Part shown: positions 58,421 through 64,000 of the stretch, piece after piece
Layout: every line of letters starts with the position of its first letter
Numbering within the stretch: position 1 is the stretch's first letter
NCBI GenBank assembly: GCA_046328995.1
Contig: JAXLVN010000004.1
Location: 274,599-338,598 of the forward strand
Length of the DNA: 64,000 nucleotides
Reading direction: 5' to 3'
From: Candidatus Kapaibacterium sp.
Lineage (GTDB): Bacteria > Bacteroidota > Ignavibacteria > Kapaibacteriales > UBA961
Notes under the pieces: generated by a model
Told to the model about the DNA's origin: nothing
What the model saw: only the letters and a program-made list of their open reading frames with translations
Database searches by the model: none
Program-made: the position numbers and the translations under genes

Positions 58421-58452
58421 GCGCAATGTGGTAAGCGCGCGGCTTCATCATC
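58421..58452 (-). terminator. GC-rich hairpin, candidate terminator for small gene 58518..58715
   Basis: A perfect 11 bp stem (AAGCCGCGCGC / GCGCGCGGCTT) is followed on the minus strand by TTTTAG. Confidence 0.45.
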
Positions 58453-58517
58453 ATGGGAAGGGGGACATTCTCTTCTGCCGTCGAGGGCAGCTATGGTGAG
58501 CTCGATGAACATGTTGG

Positions 58518-58715
58518 TCAGTTCGTGAGCTCATGAGCAAAAATCGCCGCTACTTCATCGGCGAGGATGAAGTCAACGAGCTTGCTTTTTTGCTCTTTGC
58601 CGATAAATTCATAAATCATACGCTTGGTCTTGGCTTGCTCTTTGAGCTGTACTTCATCGGCTACAATCCGGAAATTTCTGCCGCTGATGGTGTGGATGTT
58701 GAAGGTCGTTTGCAT
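58518..58715 (-). CDS. Hypothetical small protein (65 aa)
   Basis: The ORF has a downstream hairpin. An overlapping plus-strand ORF (58533..58760) is a less likely alternative. Confidence 0.3.
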   Translation of the reverse strand: MQTTFNIHTISGRNFRIVADEVQLKEQAKTKRMIYEFIGKEQKSKLVDFILADEVAAIFAHELTN

Positions 58716-58797
58716 AGTTGTTCTCCTGATAAATTGATAAATAGTAAAAAATGGAAATGAATAATGTGAATGTATAAATAGTACTACGTGCTGTATG

Positions 58798-59007
58798 TTA
58801 TTGGACTACAGTTCGGTCTTTTATGTCAATCAGCGATGCCTGCTCTCCATAGGTCGATTGCACTTGCTGATTAAGTACTTGATCCTGCTGAACGGTAGAA
58901 ATTGCACTTTGCTGTTCGGCAAGAAGTGCATTGATTTGAGCGATGTCATACGAGGTGCCCGACGAGATTGAACCTAAATAGATGAGGATTGAAAGTAAGA
59001 AATTCAT
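58798..59007 (-). CDS. Small secreted peptide (69 aa precursor, ~48 aa mature, Gln/Ser-rich)
   Basis: The start is taken at MNFLLSILIYLGSISSG (signal peptide). The mature part is DIAQINALLAEQQSAISTVQQDQVLNQQVQSTYGEQ... Confidence 0.35.
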   Translation of the reverse strand: MNFLLSILIYLGSISSGTSYDIAQINALLAEQQSAISTVQQDQVLNQQVQSTYGEQASLIDIKDRTVVQ

Positions 59008-59110
59008 GATAATTACCCTAGAATAAATTGTACATTTGCTGTAGCAAAATCGCTGCGTTAATTTCAAGTGCAATTTATAGGGGCGGGCTCGCCATTCCAT
59101 GACAAAGTAG

Positions 59111-59329
59111 GGTCGTTTTGTTACATCGATTTTTTGCCTATTTTTGGGGTAAAATAAGGGGTGCGAAAAGTGACTTTCTAGGTTTTATGCGGTCTACAGG
59201 GGATTTGCAATTTGTTGAAAATCGCGAAAAAGGGGTCGTTTTGTTACATTTTGTAAAATTGTCGTTTCCAATCTTTTTTGCCGGAATTCCGGTATTTCGG
59301 GTGGAAACTATAGAAAAGTGGGTCGTTTC
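59111..59329 (+). promoter_or_regulatory. Three direct repeats of GGGTCGTTT(TGTTACAT) in the upstream region of gene 59330..60853
   Basis: GGGTCGTTTTGTTACATCGATTTTTTG occurs at 59111, GGGGTCGTTTTGTTACATTTTG at 59232, and GTGGGTCGTTTCATG at 59318 overlapping the start codon. Confidence 0.45.
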
Positions 59330-60853
59330 ATGCTTATCGATCAGCTCAAAGCACTCGTACAGATAGTACAGAGAACCGGGAGCGAATTACCTGAGGACTT
59401 CTCAGTGCCGCCCGGCAAAAAAGAGTCGCTTGTTCTGCAATTTTACCGTTTGCTGCTCAGCGATGATACTCCCGAGGATGAAAGTGAGCTAGCAGCAATA
59501 CTCCTCGGTGATAAAAACAGCAATAGTCACTACCGAGTTCTCAAAAACCGCATTAAAAAGCAGCTCACGGCGGCGGTCCTGAATCTGAGCGTGAATACAG
59601 AATCATTTTCCGATGTGTTTAGAGCATGGTATGGCGGTAGCCGCGAACTCATTGTAGCAGAAGTGCTTACCAAGCTCGGAAAGCATACAGCCGGGATTGA
59701 AATTATCCAGGAAATTTACAAGCAAGCGACGTATTATCATCTTACTGACCTGCAAATCCGCGCCCTTGACCACCTGCGCTCGCATTACGCACTCACCGGC
59801 GAGAAAAAAAAATATCACGATACGAAAGCACTGCTCAGTAGCGCTCTTGCAGTACGTCAGGCAGAAATCGATGCGGTCAGTCATTACGAAGATGTGACGA
59901 TTCTCTACGCCAACAAACACTCCGAGCGTCCCGAAAACTTACCCTTTGCCCGCGAAAAATTACGTCTGATACGTATATTATTTGATCAGTATGACAGCTA
60001 CAAAATCAAAGATCGCTATTGGGCGCTCGCCTCGCTTATCGGGCAAATTGATCTTAATTACGACACGGTCATGGAGTCAACGGAGGAAGCAATTAGCTAT
60101 CTGAAGGAGCATCCTCACCTCGTAGGTAAGAATTTGCTCGGAATCTATATGTCCGAAAAAATACTCATCTGTTTCTCCCACCGCAAGTACGACGAAGCGC
60201 GCGCCGCAATTGAAGAGTGTAAGCCGGTAACTACTCCCAATACCGGTACATGGCTCAGTCTTAAAATGACGGAAACGCTTCTCAATCTTCACACTTGCCG
60301 CGAGCGTGAGGCATGGGAAATTGTGCGTCAGGTCAAAAGCGCCCTCAAAGAATCTTCGGGCGGAATGGAGCGCTACGGCATTGAATGGAAAATTCTCGAA
60401 GGGTATTGTTACTACGCCTGCATGACCGCTACGCCGCCGCCAAGTGAGGACGACATGCCGTTCTTACCCGACCCCGTCCGTGTCTTCGCCGGCGGTTTCC
60501 TCGAATTCTTCGATGATAAAGAAGGCGCGAATCTCTCGATGCTGCTCTGCCATATTCTATTAATATCGCTCTCGCCGGACTCCAAAACAGACTTCTCGAA
60601 TAAAATTGCCCTCCTCGATCGGTATCGCCTGCGGAATTTAAAGAATCGACAATCGCAGCGCGGCGCATACTTTATCGAACTCCTGAGAGCAATGGTACGC
60701 GCCGATTACAACCGTGCCACGACCATTCGCCTCGCCAAGCCCATTCTCGAAAAAATGCAGGCAATCACTATCTGCGAGAATTATGAAATACTTCCGTTTG
60801 AAAAGACATGGCACGCGCTCGTGGAGCGGATGACGGTGAAGGTAAAAGGATAA
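59330..60853 (+). CDS. Hypothetical all-alpha protein (about 507 aa)
   Basis: It is helix-rich with no recognisable catalytic motif. The start could be ATG 59330 or GTG 59318. Confidence 0.5.
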   Translation: MLIDQLKALVQIVQRTGSELPEDFSVPPGKKESLVLQFYRLLLSDDTPEDESELAAILLGDKNSNSHYRVLKNRIKKQLTAAVLNLSVNTESFSDVFRAWYGGSRELIVAEVLTKLGKHTAGIEIIQEIYKQATYYHLTDLQIRALDHLRSHYALTGEKKKYHDTKALLSSALAVRQAEIDAVSHYEDVTILYANKHSERPENLPFAREKLRLIRILFDQYDSYKIKDRYWALASLIGQIDLNYDTVMESTEEAISYLKEHPHLVGKNLLGIYMSEKILICFSHRKYDEARAAIEECKPVTTPNTGTWLSLKMTETLLNLHTCREREAWEIVRQVKSALKESSGGMERYGIEWKILEGYCYYACMTATPPPSEDDMPFLPDPVRVFAGGFLEFFDDKEGANLSMLLCHILLISLSPDSKTDFSNKIALLDRYRLRNLKNRQSQRGAYFIELLRAMVRADYNRATTIRLAKPILEKMQAITICENYEILPFEKTWHALVERMTVKVKG

Positions 60854-60865
60854 CATCGCCATCTC

Positions 60866-60905
60866 CGCGACCTTTGCGAAACCTTTGCGTGCTTTGCGGT
60901 TAATC
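60866..60905. repeat. Palindromic REP/attC-like repeat, partial copy E (right half)
   Basis: CGCGACCTTTGCGAAACCTTTGCGTGCTTTGCGGTTAAT lies 13 nt after the stop of gene 59330..60853. Confidence 0.7.
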
Positions 60906-61025
60906 AGCGCTATGCGCAAAAATCCATCCCGAAAATCCAGAACACCGCACACCCCGATTATTTTTCGTAATTTCGCGCTGCAATTCTTCTAATTTCCTTG
61001 AATCATCATTCGTGTGCGATGCGCT

Positions 61026-61625
61026 ATGTCTATTCTGCCTATATATTTATATAATCATCCCGTTTTAAAAAAGAAAACCGAACCCATTCGTGAAATGACG
61101 GGCGAGCTCCGCACGTTCATCGATAGTATGTTTCAGACGATGCATCAGGCCGACGGTATCGGACTCGCCGCCAATCAGGTCGGCGCGTCGATTTCGCTGA
61201 CCGTGATTGATGTCTCGCAGGCAGGCGATGAGGACGAGGATGATATCATCATGCCTGCGCCGCTTGCGCTCATTAATCCCGTGATTCAGTATTATTCGGA
61301 TGAGGAAATCGACTTTGAGGAGGGTTGCCTCTCGCTGCCGCATTTTAGAGATAAAGTCATGCGTCCGGATGCAGTGCAAGTGAAGTATTTTGATATAGAT
61401 ATGAAGGAACACACGATCGAGGCCGATGGAATTTTCGCGCGTGTGCTGCAGCATGAAATTGACCATTTAAACGGCATTTACTTCTTCGAGCGCCTTTCTT
61501 CGCTCCGGCGCACACTCTCACAAAAAAAGCTCAAGCGGATCGTGCGGGGGGATATTTCGCCGCGCTATTCGATCATTGATGCCGACGGTAAACTAATCGA
61601 TTATATTCCTGAGGACGATGAATGA
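61026..61625 (+). CDS. def: Peptide deformylase
   Basis: Motifs GIGLAANQVG, EGCLS and HEIDHLNG are present. The start is taken at MSILPIYLYNHPVL. Confidence 0.9.
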   Translation: MSILPIYLYNHPVLKKKTEPIREMTGELRTFIDSMFQTMHQADGIGLAANQVGASISLTVIDVSQAGDEDEDDIIMPAPLALINPVIQYYSDEEIDFEEGCLSLPHFRDKVMRPDAVQVKYFDIDMKEHTIEADGIFARVLQHEIDHLNGIYFFERLSSLRRTLSQKKLKRIVRGDISPRYSIIDADGKLIDYIPEDDE

Positions 61626-62608
61626 AAGCTCTCATCACCGGCGCAACCGGTTTTATCGGAAGTCATGTAGCGGATTTATTACTTGCCCGTGGCTACGATG
61701 TACGCGCAATTGCCCGGAAAACGAGCAATCTCCGCTGGCTCTCGGGTAAAAATATCGAAATAATCGACGGTAGTATCAGCAATCCCGCCTCGCTCCAAAA
61801 AGCAATGGAAGATGTGGAAATTGTCTTTCATGTCGCCGGCCTCACCGCAGCCCGCAATGCCGAAGAATTCATGCGCGGCAATCGCGACGGCACGCGAAAC
61901 ATGCTCGAAGCCGCCTATAAATACGCGCCGAATATCCAGCGTTTTCTCCATGTGAGTTCGCTTGCAGCCGTGCGTCCTGCGACTTCGCTCGATGCGCCGG
62001 TCGATGAGACCACCCCATCGGCGCCAATCACAAGCTATGGCATTTCCAAAAAAGCAGCCGAGGATGAAGTCAATAATTTTGCCGGGAAATTGCCGATTAC
62101 GATCGTGCGCCCGCCTGCTGTGTATGGTCCGCGCGAGTCGGCGATTCTAGATTTTTTCAAAACGGTGAAGAGTGGATTCGTGCCGCATATAGGGTTCGAT
62201 GAAAAGCACGTCAGCTTGGTCAACGGACTCGACCTCTCGCGGGGAATTATCGAAGCAGCCGAGTCGCCGAATACGATTGGCGAGACGTATTTTATTTCCA
62301 GTGATGAATTTTATACGTGGGAGCAAATTGGCAATGTCACGGCGAAAGCATTCGGCAAAAGCCGGGTGTTTCCGCTGCGATTACCGCATTTTCTCGTGTT
62401 TGGGGTGGCTGGAATGTCCGAATTTTTTGGTCGATTTGCAAAAAATCCACCGGTGTTGAATTTTGAAAAAGGACGTGATATCACGCAGCGCTACTGGATA
62501 TGTTCGATCGAAAAAGCCAAGCGTGACTTCGGCTATCGCCAGCAAATATCCATCGAAGACGGCATCCGCGAAACCGTCGAATGGTACAAAGAACACAAGT
62601 GGTTATGA
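61622..62608 (+). CDS. NAD-dependent epimerase/dehydratase family protein (SDR)
   Basis: An N-terminal Rossmann motif (ITGATGFIGSHV) is present in a 328 aa protein. It has an ATGA start/stop overlap with def. Confidence 0.8.
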   Translation: MKALITGATGFIGSHVADLLLARGYDVRAIARKTSNLRWLSGKNIEIIDGSISNPASLQKAMEDVEIVFHVAGLTAARNAEEFMRGNRDGTRNMLEAAYKYAPNIQRFLHVSSLAAVRPATSLDAPVDETTPSAPITSYGISKKAAEDEVNNFAGKLPITIVRPPAVYGPRESAILDFFKTVKSGFVPHIGFDEKHVSLVNGLDLSRGIIEAAESPNTIGETYFISSDEFYTWEQIGNVTAKAFGKSRVFPLRLPHFLVFGVAGMSEFFGRFAKNPPVLNFEKGRDITQRYWICSIEKAKRDFGYRQQISIEDGIRETVEWYKEHKWL

Positions 62609-63135
62609 AAAAAGTTATCGTCATGTTCTGTCTCGTTATCGCCGCCTGCCACCAGGAAAGTAATATTCCGCAGCAAAAGCAAGCGCTCGAAAATATGGTG
62701 CAGATCCCCACGCACACGAGTTGGAATTTCTCGATGGTATTCATGGACTCCTCCCGCACCAAGACCAAGCTGTCGGCAAAGCTCGCCCGCGTCTATGAGC
62801 AGCGCCAGGAAACCCTCCTCGACACCAATGTCGTCGTCGAATTTATGAATGAAAATTCCAAGCGCGTCGCCATGCTCACCGCAGACAGCGCAAGAGTCGA
62901 TGACAAAACGCGGAATATGTTCGCCTACGGCAAAGTCAAAGTCGTCTCCGACAGCACGCACACCACGATGACCACCACGCTCCTGATGTGGAACAACCAA
63001 ACCCAAAAGCTCTACACCACCGAAAAAGTGCACATCGTCTCCCCGAGTGAGATCATCGACGGCACCGGCATGGAATCCGACCAATATTTGAAGAATTATA
63101 AGATATTCAAGGTGAGCGGGATAAAGAATCCGTGA
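62605..63135 (+). CDS. LptC-like lipoprotein (LPS export system protein C family)
   Basis: The start is taken at MKKVIVMFCLVIAACHQ (lipobox). The beta-jellyroll-like sequence ends ..KNYKIFKVSG. It has an ATGA overlap with the epimerase gene. Confidence 0.5.
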   Translation: MKKVIVMFCLVIAACHQESNIPQQKQALENMVQIPTHTSWNFSMVFMDSSRTKTKLSAKLARVYEQRQETLLDTNVVVEFMNENSKRVAMLTADSARVDDKTRNMFAYGKVKVVSDSTHTTMTTTLLMWNNQTQKLYTTEKVHIVSPSEIIDGTGMESDQYLKNYKIFKVSGIKNP

Positions 63136-63145
63136 GGATTTTTTT

Positions 63146-63235
63146 AGTCTGTAAGTCTGTAAGTCTGTAAGTCTGTAAGTCTGTAAGTCTGTAAGTCGGT
63201 AAGTGGTAAGTGGTAAGTCAGTAAGTGGTAAGTAG
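63146..63235. repeat. Simple-sequence repeats: (GTCTGTAA)n about 7 units, then (GGTAAGT)-like units
   Basis: I read them directly at 63146-63200 and 63197-63235 in the convergent intergenic region. Confidence 0.85.
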
Positions 63236-63295
63236 GGGAGTCATGAGTTGCTCCCCAAAAGTCATTTTACTTTTCAGTCCCTTTAGTCCCTTTAG

Positions 63296-63335
63296 GCCCC
63301 TCAGCCCTCAGCCCTCAGCCCTCAGCCCTCAGCCG
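63296..63335. repeat. Simple-sequence repeat (CAGCCCT)x5
   Basis: CCTCAGCCCTCAGCCCTCAGCCCTCAGCCCTCAGCC lies immediately 3' of the stop of the minus-strand CBS/CorC gene. Confidence 0.85.
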
Positions 63336-63347
63336 CCGACCTGGCGG

Positions 63348-64000
63348 CTATTCCTCATCCTCTTCCACCTCTTCCTCAGCAAGCTTCAGCTTGACGGACT
63401 CGACGCTGCGCTTCGAGCGCTGAGTGATGGTACAATCATAGCCATCGGCGCGGATTACTTCGTTGAGTTCGGGGATTCTCCCTGCCGCGTGATTGATCCA
63501 ACCACCTATTGTTTCATACTCTTCAGCTTCGGGGAGGGGGCGGGGGAGATGTTCGTTGACGTCGGCAATCGGCGCGCTCGAGCGTATATACCATTCATCG
63601 CCGCGCTGCTCGACAATCGAGACTTCATCATCGTATTCGTCCTGAATTTCACCGACTAATTCTTCCATAATATCTTCGAGCGATACGATACCGGCTGTGC
63701 CGCCGAATTCATCAAGAGCTACGGCGAGATGGGCGCGGCGCTTTTGCATTTCGCGGAGGAGGTGGCTGATTTTGTCGGTTTCCTGTACAAAAAATGCAGG
63801 ACGGAGCACATCCTGAAGGATGATGAGGTCGGGGTGATTCATCATCGTCAGTAAGTCTTTCGCATAGACGACGCCAACGATATGGTCGATTGTCTGGCGA
63901 TAGACCGGCATGCGGGAATAGCCTTCTTCCATGACTTTTTCAATAATTGCATTGCCGCGCATGGAGATTTCAAGCCCGATGATTTTGCGGCGCGGCACCA
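63348..64000 (-). CDS. CBS-domain plus CorC_HlyC-domain protein (HlyC/CorC/TlyC family), with the N-terminal part beyond the window end
   Basis: A CBS pair (RMPVYRQTIDHIVGVVYAKDLL; LRPAFFVQETDKISHLLREMQKRRAHLAVALDEFGGTAGIVSLEDIMEELVGEI) and a transporter-associated C-terminal domain with an acidic tail are present. Confidence 0.75.
   Translation of the reverse strand, partial: VPRRKIIGLEISMRGNAIIEKVMEEGYSRMPVYRQTIDHIVGVVYAKDLLTMMNHPDLIILQDVLRPAFFVQETDKISHLLREMQKRRAHLAVALDEFGGTAGIVSLEDIMEELVGEIQDEYDDEVSIVEQRGDEWYIRSSAPIADVNEHLPRPLPEAEEYETIGGWINHAAGRIPELNEVIRADGYDCTITQRSKRSVESVKLKLAEEEVEEDEE

Noticed and set aside
58533-58760. Plus-strand 75-aa ORF overlapping the minus-strand 65-aa ORF
   Set aside because: A terminator-like hairpin with a T-tract lies downstream of the minus-strand ORF, favouring that orientation. 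Neither ORF is strongly supported.
63225-63659. 144-aa plus-strand ORF
   Set aside because: It is translated largely from the simple-sequence repeats (Pro/Ser/Leu runs) and overlaps the 3' end of the CorC/HlyC gene on the other strand.

Overview
This is a 64 kb chromosomal segment of about 52-55% GC with roughly 55 protein-coding genes. I found no rRNA, tRNA or CRISPR array. Five proteins end in a type IX secretion (T9SS/Por) C-terminal sorting domain, so the source is probably a Bacteroidota/Ignavibacteriota-like (FCB group) bacterium.

Recognisable housekeeping genes:
- trpS
- a RelA/SpoT homolog
- a 6-phosphofructokinase
- def
- an ArgD-like aminotransferase
- an NAD-dependent epimerase
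- an LptC-like lipoprotein

Envelope and export genes:
- a MacAB-like operon (HlyD adaptor, ABC ATPase and two FtsX permeases)
- a MATE efflux pump
- a GT2 glycosyltransferase
- many small outer-membrane beta-barrel proteins, including a tandem triplet of paralogues behind an ECF sigma/anti-sigma pair

Regulators:
- a beta-propeller/Y_Y_Y/PAS sensor, truncated at the left window edge
- a PAS hybrid histidine kinase followed by a separate AraC-type DNA-binding protein, translationally coupled to a T9SS metalloprotease

Accessory and unusual content:
- a DUF1501/DUF1800 pair in which DUF1501 combines a twin-arginine (Tat) signal with a T9SS C-terminal domain, plus a DUF2007 protein
- a SUMF1-domain protein followed by a pentaheme c-type cytochrome that has no canonical start codon or signal peptide
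- a ComEA-like helix-hairpin-helix domain fused to a large outer-membrane beta-barrel
- an AbiEii-type toxin module
- a DinD/Bro-N-like gene in a low-GC islet

Non-coding structure:
- a roughly 70-85 bp palindromic REP/attC-like repeat family in five copies, lying immediately 3' of stop codons and bracketing two low-GC cassettes
- a MITE-like element with roughly 37 bp terminal inverted repeats in two copies, one inserted between the ECF sigma and anti-sigma genes
- several tandem and simple-sequence repeat tracts
- several intrinsic terminators

The repeat-bracketed low-GC cassettes and the Tat+T9SS DUF1501/DUF1800/DUF2007 cluster are the most novel-looking candidates.
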